Positions 9,152-18,202 of a stretch of 34,487 nucleotides of DNA are shown in pieces. A program made the position numbers and the translations under genes. Where the stretch lies: NCBI GenBank assembly GCA_023818885.1, contig JAMWDD010000002.1, forward strand, positions 1-34,487, given 5' to 3'. The notes under the pieces are model-generated. The model had not been told where the DNA came from. It was given only the letters and a program-made list of their open reading frames with translations, and made no database searches. Origin of the DNA: Candidatus Omnitrophota bacterium (GTDB taxonomy: Bacteria; Omnitrophota; Gorgyraeia; Gygaellales; JAMWDD01). Numbering within the stretch: position 1 is the first letter of the stretch; each line of letters starts with the position of its first letter.

Positions 9152-10152
9152 CCGGTGGCGCGGGTTTTATGGGTAGCGCCTTTGTAAGACGACTTTGCGG
9201 AGAGGGATCCCGGCCGAGCCATTTTTCTGCTTATTCCAGAGACCTGTCTCCAATAGTCGTTGATAAACTCACTTATGCCGGCGATTTGGCGCGCCTGGGA
9301 GAGATAAAAGGAAAGTATAAATTTTATAGGGCAGATATCGCCGATGAAAACAGAATAGAATCAATTTTCCGAAAAGAAAAGCCACAGATTATTGTTAACT
9401 TTGCTGCCGAATCACATGTGGACAGAAGCATAAAAGACCCTGTCTCGTTTATAAAAACCAATATTATCGGCACACAGGTTTTATTGGATATTTCCAGAAA
9501 ATACGGCGTAAGTAAATTTATCCATATCTCAACTGATGAAGTATATGGGGATATAAGAAAGGGAAAATTTAATGAAGATTCTCCTTTAAGGCCCAGCAGT
9601 CCCTATGCCGCTTCCAAAGCAGCGGCAGACTTGTTGATTAAATCATATATTAGGACTTTTAATTTTCCGGCAATTATCATCCGGCCTTGTAATAATTACG
9701 GCCCTTGGCAATATCCGGAAAAACTCATCCCTTTAAGTATTTTAAAAATATTAAGAGGCGAGAAGGTTCCTGTCTATGCACGCGGCAAAAATATAAGGGA
9801 GTGGCTTTATGTGGAAGATTGTGCGCAGGGTATCTTAAAAATTATGGAGAAGGGTAGGATAGGTGAGATTTATAATCTGGGTAGTGGTCAAGAAAGGGAA
9901 AATCTTGAGGTGATAAAATCAATTTTTGATGTTCTGCATGCATCTAAAGATGCAATCCGGTTTATGAAGGACAGACCCGGACATGATATACGATATAGAT
10001 TAGATTCGCGTAAAGTGTTTAAAGAAATCGACTGGAAGCCAGAAATAAAATTTGAAATTGGTATTAGATTAACTGTTGAATGGTGCCTTCAGCACAAAAA
10101 CTGGCTTTTAGAAAAGTGGAAAGATATTGCCCCTTTATACAAAAATGAATAA
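9121..10152 (+). CDS. rfbB: dTDP-glucose 4,6-dehydratase
   Basis: [57 protein letters not shown]. Carries an extra ~11-aa segment after the Rossmann motif (nt ~9199-9249). Confidence 0.93.
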   Translation: MRQKLPKILVTGGAGFMGSAFVRRLCGEGSRPSHFSAYSRDLSPIVVDKLTYAGDLARLGEIKGKYKFYRADIADENRIESIFRKEKPQIIVNFAAESHVDRSIKDPVSFIKTNIIGTQVLLDISRKYGVSKFIHISTDEVYGDIRKGKFNEDSPLRPSSPYAASKAAADLLIKSYIRTFNFPAIIIRPCNNYGPWQYPEKLIPLSILKILRGEKVPVYARGKNIREWLYVEDCAQGILKIMEKGRIGEIYNLGSGQERENLEVIKSIFDVLHASKDAIRFMKDRPGHDIRYRLDSRKVFKEIDWKPEIKFEIGIRLTVEWCLQHKNWLLEKWKDIAPLYKNE

Positions 10153-10972
10153 CTTACCGCTTGTTTCTGTAATTGTGACGACAAAAAATGAAGCCAAAAA
10201 TATCGGAAATTGTTTAGATTCTATAAAGAAACAGGATTATCCCCAAGATAAAATAGAAATAATCGTTGTGGACAATAATTCCGAAGACCAGACAAAAGAG
10301 ATTGCGAAAAAATATACAGATAAGGTATATAATTTTGGCCCAGAACGCTCTGCGCAGAGAAATTTCGGTGTCAGGCAGGCAAAAGGTGACTACATTCTTT
10401 ATTTAGATGCAGATATGATTTTATCTGAACAGGTGATTAGGGAATGTATAATAAAATGCAAAGAAAATAATTTTGTTGCTTTATATATACCGGAAAGAAT
10501 AATTGGGGAAGGTTTCTGGAACAAAGTGAGGGATTTTGAACGTAGTTTTTATAATGCTACGGTGATTGATTGTGTGCGTTTTGTAAAAAAAGATAAATTC
10601 TTAGAAATCGGTGGATTTGATGAGAACTTAACGGGCCCGGAGGATTGGGATTTTGACCGAAGGATTAAACAAGTAGGCAGAACAGATATAATAAAAGCCC
10701 CTCTTTATCATAATGAAGAAAGCTTTAACCTTAAGAGATATCTTGCCAAAAAAGCTTATTATGTGAAAGATTTTGATAAATACATTCAAAAATGGGGGAG
10801 GGCAGATCCTCTTATAAGAAAGCAGTTTGGTTTTTATTATAGATATTTTGGAGTATTCTTTGAAAAGGGAAAAGGAAAACAACTTTTTATGCATCCTCTC
10901 TTTACATTGGGAGTTTATTTTTTAAGATTATTAGTGGGGATAAGATATACAATTAGCAAATGGTATAAATGA
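10145..10972 (+). CDS. GT2 glycosyltransferase
   Basis: MNNLPLVSVIVTTKNEAKNI, IIVVDNNSEDQT, DxD as YLDADM, GPEDWDFD. The ORF-track start at 10127 is a TTG. I prefer the ATG at 10145, which overlaps the rfbB stop by 8 nt. The start is uncertain. Confidence 0.8.
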   Translation: MNNLPLVSVIVTTKNEAKNIGNCLDSIKKQDYPQDKIEIIVVDNNSEDQTKEIAKKYTDKVYNFGPERSAQRNFGVRQAKGDYILYLDADMILSEQVIRECIIKCKENNFVALYIPERIIGEGFWNKVRDFERSFYNATVIDCVRFVKKDKFLEIGGFDENLTGPEDWDFDRRIKQVGRTDIIKAPLYHNEESFNLKRYLAKKAYYVKDFDKYIQKWGRADPLIRKQFGFYYRYFGVFFEKGKGKQLFMHPLFTLGVYFLRLLVGIRYTISKWYK

Positions 10973-12081
10973 GCCAGACAAAAAAAAGATTAATTGCTTT
11001 TATGAATGCGTATACCCAAGGAATAAGCGGGGGAGATATACATTTCATTGAATTAGCCCTACATATGAATGATTACGATAAGACCATCATAACTTCGCTT
11101 TTAGGTAGTGAATTATGCAAAATGAAGGGCCTGAAGGCAAATTTTATCGTGACGACAAAAGAAAAGACTTTTAAAAATATTATTTTTACATATCTCTTGC
11201 GTACAGTTAAGGCGCTTTTGGTAAAACTTGATAAAGAATACAGGAATAAAATTTTATATGCAACCTCGGATTTCTTACCAGATGTGCTTCCTGCCTTTTG
11301 GCAGAAACTTAAAGATAAACAGGCCCATTGGGTTCAGCGGATATATCATTTAATACCCACAAAAAGACCTATTCCTAATTTAGCGCAAAGATTAAGTTTT
11401 TTTTTAATCAAGCGTTATGCAGATTTGGTTATCGTAGATAACTGTTTATTAAAAGACGAACTTATTCGCAGGGGTTTTAAAGAAAAATCAGTTAGAGTTA
11501 ATTATTTGGGTATAGATATTGCTTCTTTTAATAAGATAAATTCTCTGTATTTTCAATATGAAGCAGTTTTCTTGGGCAGACTACATCCTTCTAAGGGTAT
11601 TTTTGATTTAGTTAAAATTTGGCAGGTTGTCACTAAAGATATCCCGGCTGCAAAATTAGCAGTAATCGGTAGTGGTGATAAAAAGTTTACAGAAAAATTT
11701 ACTAAAGAAATAGAAAAGGCAAGATTAAAGAAGAATATTATTTTATTTGGCCACCAAACTGGTCAAGAAAAGATTAAAATTATGAAATCAGCGAAAGTTT
11801 TTGTTTTTCCTAGTCACGAAGAAGGCTTTGGCATCGCTATCTGTGAGGCAATGGCCTGTGGCCTGCCTATAATTGCTTGGGATTTAGCAGTATATAAAGA
11901 AATCTATCAAGACAATATAATTTATGTTAAGGAAAACGAAATTAATAGTTTCGCGCAGGAAATATTGAGCTTGGTTAAAGATGAATATAGGCTTAAAAAC
12001 ATATCCAATAGTATAAAAGAGTTTGTTGTTCGGTTTGATTATTCTCAGACCATACAAAAAGAGATTGAATTATTAAATTAA
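10969..12081 (+). CDS. GT4-type (GT-B fold) glycosyltransferase
   Basis: C-terminal half has VFLGRLHPSKGIFDL and FPSHEEGFGIAICEAMACGLPIIAWD (E-x7-E signature). ATGA overlap with the previous stop. Confidence 0.85.
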   Translation: MSQTKKRLIAFMNAYTQGISGGDIHFIELALHMNDYDKTIITSLLGSELCKMKGLKANFIVTTKEKTFKNIIFTYLLRTVKALLVKLDKEYRNKILYATSDFLPDVLPAFWQKLKDKQAHWVQRIYHLIPTKRPIPNLAQRLSFFLIKRYADLVIVDNCLLKDELIRRGFKEKSVRVNYLGIDIASFNKINSLYFQYEAVFLGRLHPSKGIFDLVKIWQVVTKDIPAAKLAVIGSGDKKFTEKFTKEIEKARLKKNIILFGHQTGQEKIKIMKSAKVFVFPSHEEGFGIAICEAMACGLPIIAWDLAVYKEIYQDNIIYVKENEINSFAQEILSLVKDEYRLKNISNSIKEFVVRFDYSQTIQKEIELLN

Positions 12082-12083
12082 CA

Positions 12084-12809
12084 ATGAATCCAAGAGATAA
12101 ATTTTATTCGCAGAAATTTTTTCAAAACGCGGACTTAAGCGATAATAATCGTTTTAAAAAATATTATTGATATTTAAGGAATTCAATTTTAAGTTCAAGC
12201 GCTTATTAGATATCGGCTGCGGAGAAGGTTTGTTTTCTTTTCTGTTGCGTGATTTATGCGCAGAGGTATATGGCGTTGATATCAGTCAAAATGCAGTAGA
12301 AATAGCCAATAGACAAGGGTATAAAGGCAATCAGGGTGGACATTGAAAAGAATAATTTGCCCTTTGAGGACAATTTTTGATGCCATATATTGTGGCGAAG
12401 TCTTAGAGCATATTTATGATACCGACTACTTATTAATAGAAATATACCGGTTTTGGCTCCTGGGGGTATCTGTATATTTACTACACCTAATTTAGGATGG
12501 TGGCTTAACAGAATTATTTTGATTTTTGGGTTTCAGCCTTATCTTACTGAAGTTAGTTTAAAGCATAATGTGGGAAAATTTAAGGCGGATAACAATTTGG
12601 TTTATGGTCATATTCGTAATTTTACAAATAGGTCTTTAAGAGAATTATTAAAAATCAATAATTTTATAATCATACGAATGCACACCACAGACGTATCCAA
12701 TGTTTTTCCTTTTCCGATTAATTTATTTGAGAAATGTTTATCATTTATTCCAACTTTGAGTCATAGCAATATTTTTATAACCCAGGCAAAAAAGGTAGAT
12801 AATACATGA
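12084..12809 (+). pseudogene. class I SAM-dependent methyltransferase, disrupted by four frame changes (paralogue of 18449-19129)
   Basis: Following the intact paralogue requires four frame switches. The segments are MNPRDKFYSQKFFQNADLSDNNRFKK (stop 12168-12170), then KILLIFKEFNFKFKRLLDIGCGEGLF...VYGVDISQNAVEIANRQG (motif I), then IKAIRVDIEKNNLPFEDNF, then DAIYCGEVLEHIYDTDYLLIEIYR, then LAPGGICIFTTPNLGWWLNRIILIFGFQPYLTEVSL... to the stop at 12807-12809. The switch points lie at or next to A6 (12156-12161), GGG (12317-12319), T5 (12374-12378) and T4 (12451-12454). Confidence 0.75.
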
Positions 12810-13432
12810 CTTCAGTTTGTTTTTGCGGGATAGATGGTTCAGGAAAGAGTTTGCAGGCAAATATACTTAATACTTTTCTCAATAAAATGGGCAAAAATAC
12901 AACTTTGGTTCATCTTTTTTCAGAAAAAAGTACAGTTATATCAAAATCGCATGATAAATTTATCGTAAAGAAATTTATCGGGTTTATTAGAAGAATACCT
13001 AATTCTTTTTTAATCTCGCCCATTAAGATTTTTTTAAGAACGACGAATGCTATTATAGATAGCTGGGTCACTTATTTTTCTAATCTTAAGAAATATAAAG
13101 ATAGAGTAATTATTTATGATAGATATTTCTATGATATATTAGTTATATTGGCTTCAGAATACCCTCGGTTTGCAAATGTAATTATAAGTTTTTGTAGATT
13201 TGTCCCCCGACCGAACAGAGTAATAATTTTAGACATAATGCCGGAAAAAGCCCTGAGTAGAAAAGAGGGTCATACTTTAGAAAGAGCAAGATTACTCTGC
13301 AAATTATACTACTTGCTTAGTCGTAAGATTGATTCTTATATTATTGATGGCAATCAAAGTAAAGAATATGTCGCAGAAAGAATACAAGATTCGCTTGGAA
13401 GATTGTTCTATGACGCAAAGCCAGCATATTGA
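12806..13432 (+). CDS. thymidylate-kinase-like P-loop nucleotide kinase family protein
   Basis: Walker A in the Tmk arrangement (VCFCGIDGSGKSLQA) and a DRY-type box (VIIYDRYFYDIL). 208 aa. The REPGGT-type substrate loop of canonical Tmk is not evident. ATGA overlap with the upstream pseudogene. Confidence 0.45.
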   Translation: MTSVCFCGIDGSGKSLQANILNTFLNKMGKNTTLVHLFSEKSTVISKSHDKFIVKKFIGFIRRIPNSFLISPIKIFLRTTNAIIDSWVTYFSNLKKYKDRVIIYDRYFYDILVILASEYPRFANVIISFCRFVPRPNRVIILDIMPEKALSRKEGHTLERARLLCKLYYLLSRKIDSYIIDGNQSKEYVAERIQDSLGRLFYDAKPAY

Positions 13433-14390
13433 ATATAACTATAATATCCACGGCATTTTAAAGGTTAATTCCAACTTTAAAGGTATTTTGCCAGATTGTT
13501 TTCTTACCAATAAAGAGTTAGAAAATCCAGATATAATTTTGAGATTAGTAAAAAAAGTAGAAGTATCTTCTGATAGAAGAATTATTCAAATCGCCCCTGG
13601 ACTTTTTTATGATGAAGGCAATGATTTAGTGGTCTCTTTATTTAATTTAGGTGGGTTCAATATGGGTTGGACTTTAAAAGGCCTACTTAAAGAGCGGACA
13701 GAAGTTTTTGTTAGTTCTGCTTATAGAAGATTTGTACAGATGCCGGTTTCTACGGTACATCCTTTAAATGACTATATTAAGTTTATTCTACAGATAAGGC
13801 TAATTTTAAAAGGTTATTCCTTTCTGCTGGGGGGAAGTTTCCGGCCTAAAAATTCAGATTATGCAGCAGTTATTTCTTCTTCCGGCGGGATGGGAAAGAC
13901 CACCACCATATTGAATCTGATTAAGAAAACAGGTGCTGAATTTTTATCAGATGATACAAGTATTATATCGAAAGATAAAGTTTATTCTTATCCATCTCCC
14001 TTAAGAAAAAGAGTTTTTGGCTCTTTAATTTTAGGCTATTGTCGCAATATTCCAGTTGAGAAAATTTTGTTACCGAATGTAATCAGAAAGGATAGTTTAA
14101 ATGCAAGATTTATTTTCTTCTTAGAGAGGTCAAGAAAGAATGAGATACTTTTAATAGATTCAATTTCTGCATTAAACAAAATTATTTCAATTAACAGAAA
14201 AATCATTCCTTATTCAACTGAACGTTCTATATTGGGTTATTTTTATAAAGAAAACCAGTACAATATCAATAATCTCATAAAGAAAGAAGAGGACATCTTA
14301 AAAAGTTTTTTAGGAAATTTAAAATGCTATTTAATCCGGGCAGCGCATCTGTATAGTTATATAGACCTGATAACAGAAGTTATCAAATAA
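13410..14390 (+). CDS. HprK-related kinase (HPr kinase C-terminal-domain-like P-loop protein)
   Basis: P-loop followed by the HprK-type acidic box: VISSSGGMGKTTTILNLIKKTGAEFLSDDTSII (P-loop nt 13881-13904, SDD ~13944-13955). N-terminal YNYNIHGILKVNSNFKGILPDCF is typical of HprK-related kinases. The ORF is open from 13329. The ATG at 13410 gives a 23-nt overlap with the upstream gene and has GGAAG about 10 nt upstream. The start is uncertain. Confidence 0.6.
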   Translation: MTQSQHIEYNYNIHGILKVNSNFKGILPDCFLTNKELENPDIILRLVKKVEVSSDRRIIQIAPGLFYDEGNDLVVSLFNLGGFNMGWTLKGLLKERTEVFVSSAYRRFVQMPVSTVHPLNDYIKFILQIRLILKGYSFLLGGSFRPKNSDYAAVISSSGGMGKTTTILNLIKKTGAEFLSDDTSIISKDKVYSYPSPLRKRVFGSLILGYCRNIPVEKILLPNVIRKDSLNARFIFFLERSRKNEILLIDSISALNKIISINRKIIPYSTERSILGYFYKENQYNINNLIKKEEDILKSFLGNLKCYLIRAAHLYSYIDLITEVIK

Positions 14391-14396
14391 ATAGTC

Positions 14397-15410
14397 ATGG
14401 AAACCTTAAATGAAACCTTATTTTTATACCAAATAAGCGAATTTCTCTATAAAAAGACACGTCTGAAAAGAATAATCCCTTCGCAGATTGATTTGCAGGT
14501 TTTTTTTGCGATATCAATGAAGAATAATATGCTCTATTATCATTGTGAAAAGCTTTTAAGAGTTTATCGCCAATATTTAAATGAAAACTCTATCATAGAA
14601 ATAGATAATATTATAAATAAATTAGAAAGGCAAATAGGTAAAATTAAAACTACGATAATATTTCTTAAAAATTGCTTAAAGGATTTTCTTCTGATTAAGA
14701 CCTACCGGGGATATCCGCGTATACCTAATGATATAGATATTTTAGCAACTGATTTTAGAAATGCACTAAACGTCTTTAAAAAAGAAGGGTTTGAGGCTAA
14801 AGATGTGTCTTTTAGATATGAATCAGCACAGCTTTTTAGGGAGAATTACTACAAGGTGCATCTTCACGGTAAAATACATTGGGCTAATTCTGAATTTTTT
14901 GATAGAGATTTTATTATGGCACAGCCCCGAGACATCGAATTTTTAGGGATAAAGGCAAAGGTGCCTTCTTTTGATGCGGATTTTCTGATGCATGTGGCAC
15001 ATATCAATTTTGAGTCTTTGCATATTACTCTTTCAGATTTATTTTATCTATATTCTATATCCAAAGAAATTAATTGGGAAAAGCAGTTATTTCAAGTAAA
15101 AAAATATAATTGGAAAAGAGCGTTCATTAATACCCTGAAGATTATGGATGGCCTATATCATCGACTATATTCAGATGTTTGCCCCTTTACTTATTTTGAT
15201 TTTGGGCATAAAGCCTTGAAGTCAGATTTTGATTTAATAATGCCCAAGACCCTGCCGCGATTATATTTGCTGAATAATTTATTTGAAAAGAGGCTTTTTT
15301 TGTATGCTTTATTGAAACTGCCGAAATCGCTAAAGATATTATCCAGAGGGGATGCATATACTGATTTCTATAGACCTGCGGAAGATATTGCAAGAGCTAA
15401 GCTAACATGA
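14397..15410 (+). CDS. nucleotidyltransferase-fold protein (PF14907 / NTP_transf_5-like)
   Basis: Pol-beta-type NTase signature in the context YRGYPRIPNDIDILATDFRNALNVFKKEGF (NDIDIL starts at nt 14727). 337 aa, helical N-terminal region. Confidence 0.55.
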   Translation: METLNETLFLYQISEFLYKKTRLKRIIPSQIDLQVFFAISMKNNMLYYHCEKLLRVYRQYLNENSIIEIDNIINKLERQIGKIKTTIIFLKNCLKDFLLIKTYRGYPRIPNDIDILATDFRNALNVFKKEGFEAKDVSFRYESAQLFRENYYKVHLHGKIHWANSEFFDRDFIMAQPRDIEFLGIKAKVPSFDADFLMHVAHINFESLHITLSDLFYLYSISKEINWEKQLFQVKKYNWKRAFINTLKIMDGLYHRLYSDVCPFTYFDFGHKALKSDFDLIMPKTLPRLYLLNNLFEKRLFLYALLKLPKSLKILSRGDAYTDFYRPAEDIARAKLT

Positions 15411-16393
15411 ATTATAGCAGGAATATACATTTTAAAGATTTACCATTGGTAAGCGTAGTTATTCCAACACATAACAGAAAAGAAAAACTTATAAGATTAA
15501 TTGATTCTATTATTGCTTCGGATTACCCTATGGAAAAAATAGAAATTGTAGTTATAGATGATGCTTCCACCGATGGGACATATGAAGCGGTAAAAAGGGG
15601 TTATTCGAATATTAAGATTATGAGGAATAAGATAAATTATAAAGTTTCTACAAGCAGGAATATAGGCATTCTTAATTCAAATGGTGAATATATTTTTTTT
15701 ATTGATGATGATACAATTATTGAGAAAGATACAATATGGGAGCTGGTAGAATTTATGCAGAATAATGGAAAGGCAATAATCGTTGGTCCGGCAATTTATA
15801 ATTTTTATCAACCACTAATTTTTTGGACTATTGGTGTGAAGATAAATTTTTGGACATGTTGGGGTAAATTTATTGCGCAAAATGAACGTGATATCGGCCA
15901 ATATAATCAGCCTTTTGAATGCGATGGGCTTCCTACAGCATTTATGATACATCGGGACGTGATTAAGTTTGTTGGCTTTTTTAATTCAGCAATATTCCCG
16001 ACAGCATTTGAAGAACTCGATTTTTGCATCAGGGCAAAATATACTGGTTTGAAAGTGATAGTTTTGCCAACGGTAAGAATTTTTCATGAACCCAGAAGAG
16101 CGGCATATCTTGATAATGCAGAAAATATTTATTTAGGAGCAAGGAATAGAATTATAGCGCATAAATTGTGGAGCAGAAATTATCTCCAGTATATTATTTC
16201 AAAGGGTTTCGCAATTTTCTTTAACTTACTTTTTCTTATAATGAAAAATACCCTTTATACAAAAAACCGTTGGGAATGCACAAAAGCAATATTAAAGGGA
16301 ACAAAAGATGGCTTAAGAATTTCAAGCACTATTGATAGCTATGCTGAGATGCTTAAAAAAGGCAAGGATATAAGATACAATTTCCAAGTATAA
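15407..16393 (+). CDS. GT2 glycosyltransferase
   Basis: LPLVSVVIPTHNRKEKL, VVIDDASTDGT, FFIDDDT, FEELDFCIRA. Hydrophobic C-terminal segment. ATGA overlap upstream. Confidence 0.8.
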   Translation: MNYSRNIHFKDLPLVSVVIPTHNRKEKLIRLIDSIIASDYPMEKIEIVVIDDASTDGTYEAVKRGYSNIKIMRNKINYKVSTSRNIGILNSNGEYIFFIDDDTIIEKDTIWELVEFMQNNGKAIIVGPAIYNFYQPLIFWTIGVKINFWTCWGKFIAQNERDIGQYNQPFECDGLPTAFMIHRDVIKFVGFFNSAIFPTAFEELDFCIRAKYTGLKVIVLPTVRIFHEPRRAAYLDNAENIYLGARNRIIAHKLWSRNYLQYIISKGFAIFFNLLFLIMKNTLYTKNRWECTKAILKGTKDGLRISSTIDSYAEMLKKGKDIRYNFQV

Positions 16394-16395
16394 CA

Positions 16396-18198
16396 ATGAA
16401 AAATAGATTAATTGTCTTACTAATATTTTTTGTCTTAACAGCAATTTTCACTTTTCCTTTATTGTTAAAATTTAATACCCACATACCGGCGTTTTATTCC
16501 ACAGATGAGCCTTTTGGCAGTCTCTGGAATTATTGGCGGATAGTTTATTCTTGGTGTAATAAAATGTCTTTAAGCTATACTGATTCAGTTGCTTATCCAT
16601 TCGGCTTAAATGTTTTTAGGTCTAAATATATTCCTTATATTTATGTTTTTTATTATTCTTTTTTAAGCATTATTACCTCGCCAGTGGTTGCCTATAATAT
16701 ACAAATGATTCTAAATATTCTTTTAAGCGGAATTTTTATGTATTTGTTGGTATCTTATCTACTACTAGACAATCCTCTGCTTGCTTTATTTTCAGGAATG
16801 ATTTTTGCTTTTTGCCCTTATCAATTTGCAAGGATTTGGCAACACCCAGGCCTTACTTATAATCAGTGGTTCCCTTTGGTATTGTTTAGTGTTCTGCTCT
16901 TAAAAGAAAAAACAGAAAAATCTAAGATAATTTTCTTTATGTTTAGTTTGCTTTTTTTGTATTCTTTTGACCTGCACATTTCCTTTTTTGGTTCCTTCGT
17001 GCTTATTCTGTTTTTAATTTATTCATCCATATATGACTGGAGAAAAAAGGCCTTAAAAGAAAATATAAGATTTTACAAAACAGTAGTCATTTCTTGGTCT
17101 ATTGTTTTGCTATTATTATTTTTTCAGCACTGTCCTCTTATAAAGAATAGTTTTTTATTTTCTTCTACAACCGCTCCTTCTGCATTTAATCCTTACCATC
17201 GTCCGTTTGAGGATTTATTTCAACAATCTGCGCGGCCCTTGAGCTATTTTCTTCCCGCAGCGGTGCACCCTATATTTGGCAAATTTACCGAACAGTTTAT
17301 CGGCTCTCAATTATACGGAATAAGTTTAACGGAGCACGCGCTTTATCTAGGTTGGATCCCCTTAATTTTGGCATTTGTAGCTTTTAGGAGATGGAGGAGG
17401 GCAAGAAAATTAAAAATTAATGAAAAAGAGAATTTCTACATCGGTTTTTTTATATTTTTGGCAGCTGTTGCATGGCTATTTTCTCAACCGCCATGGTGGA
17501 AAATAGGTCCTCTTAAAATATTGATGCCGTCATTTTTTATGTATAAGATATTACCTATGGTGAGGGCCTATTGCCGGTTTGGTATCGTGGTAATGCTGGC
17601 GATTGCGGTTTTAGCCGGATATGGATTAAAATTTATTTTAGAAAAACATAAATCTAGGATAAAAAGAATTGTAATACCTTGCCTATTTTCAAGTTTAGTT
17701 TTATTTGAATTCTGGAATTGGCCGCCCTTTAAAGTAATAGATGTTTCGAGGGTTCCGCAAGTTTATTATTGGCTTAAAGAAAAGCCAGGTGATTTTGCAA
17801 TCGCTGAATATCCTTTAGATGCTGATTCGCCAAATGAGATGTATAAGTTTTATCAAACCAAACATGAAAAGAAAATAATTAATGGTTCAATCCCTGGGAC
17901 TCCTGCAAATAACCTGGCAAAAACAATTACTAAATTGTCAGAGCTTTATACAACTAAAATCTTAAAATGGATGGGGGTAAAATATGTTTTAGTGCATCAT
18001 GATGGATATTTACAAACTGAATTAACTGAGGATAGAGAAGAGTTAAAGAAGATTTCGATAAATAAAGGTCTTAAATTTGTGATAAGCTTTACAGCAGAAG
18101 AATGCCCTCAAAAGGATATAATGTGTACTAAAAAATCTGGACCGATTGATGTATACGAAATAGTATCAGGGCCGATTAAGCCGGAGGTAAAAGATTAA
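16396..18198 (+). CDS. large polytopic membrane protein, GT-C-like (ArnT/PMT/YfhO-style architecture) with C-terminal soluble domain
   Basis: 600 aa. About 11-13 hydrophobic helices over the first ~440 aa, with an early loop (HIPAFYSTDEPFGSLWNYWRI). The polar C-terminal ~150 aa follow. Starts 3 nt after the GT2 gene. Confidence 0.5.
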   Translation: MKNRLIVLLIFFVLTAIFTFPLLLKFNTHIPAFYSTDEPFGSLWNYWRIVYSWCNKMSLSYTDSVAYPFGLNVFRSKYIPYIYVFYYSFLSIITSPVVAYNIQMILNILLSGIFMYLLVSYLLLDNPLLALFSGMIFAFCPYQFARIWQHPGLTYNQWFPLVLFSVLLLKEKTEKSKIIFFMFSLLFLYSFDLHISFFGSFVLILFLIYSSIYDWRKKALKENIRFYKTVVISWSIVLLLLFFQHCPLIKNSFLFSSTTAPSAFNPYHRPFEDLFQQSARPLSYFLPAAVHPIFGKFTEQFIGSQLYGISLTEHALYLGWIPLILAFVAFRRWRRARKLKINEKENFYIGFFIFLAAVAWLFSQPPWWKIGPLKILMPSFFMYKILPMVRAYCRFGIVVMLAIAVLAGYGLKFILEKHKSRIKRIVIPCLFSSLVLFEFWNWPPFKVIDVSRVPQVYYWLKEKPGDFAIAEYPLDADSPNEMYKFYQTKHEKKIINGSIPGTPANNLAKTITKLSELYTTKILKWMGVKYVLVHHDGYLQTELTEDREELKKISINKGLKFVISFTAEECPQKDIMCTKKSGPIDVYEIVSGPIKPEVKD

Positions 18199-18202
18199 CG
18201 AT

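Noticed and set aside
9199-9249. A locally GC-rich ~50-nt segment in rmlB containing adjacent BamHI (GGATCC, 9205-9210) and EagI (CGGCCG, 9211-9216) sites was considered as a possible vector or chimeric insert.
   Set aside because: It is in frame and encodes a plausible surface-loop insertion (GEGSRPSHFSAYSRDLS) between the Rossmann motif and VDKLTYAG. The flanks are continuous rmlB sequence. It is most likely a lineage-specific loop.
12806-15410. The HprK-like kinase plus nucleotidyltransferase pair was considered as part of a lasso-peptide or other RiPP cluster.
   Set aside because: No asparagine-synthetase-like cyclase, transglutaminase-like protease, PqqD-like RRE, SPASM maturase or short precursor ORF is visible in the window. 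It is reported instead as an orphan tailoring-type module in a glycan context.
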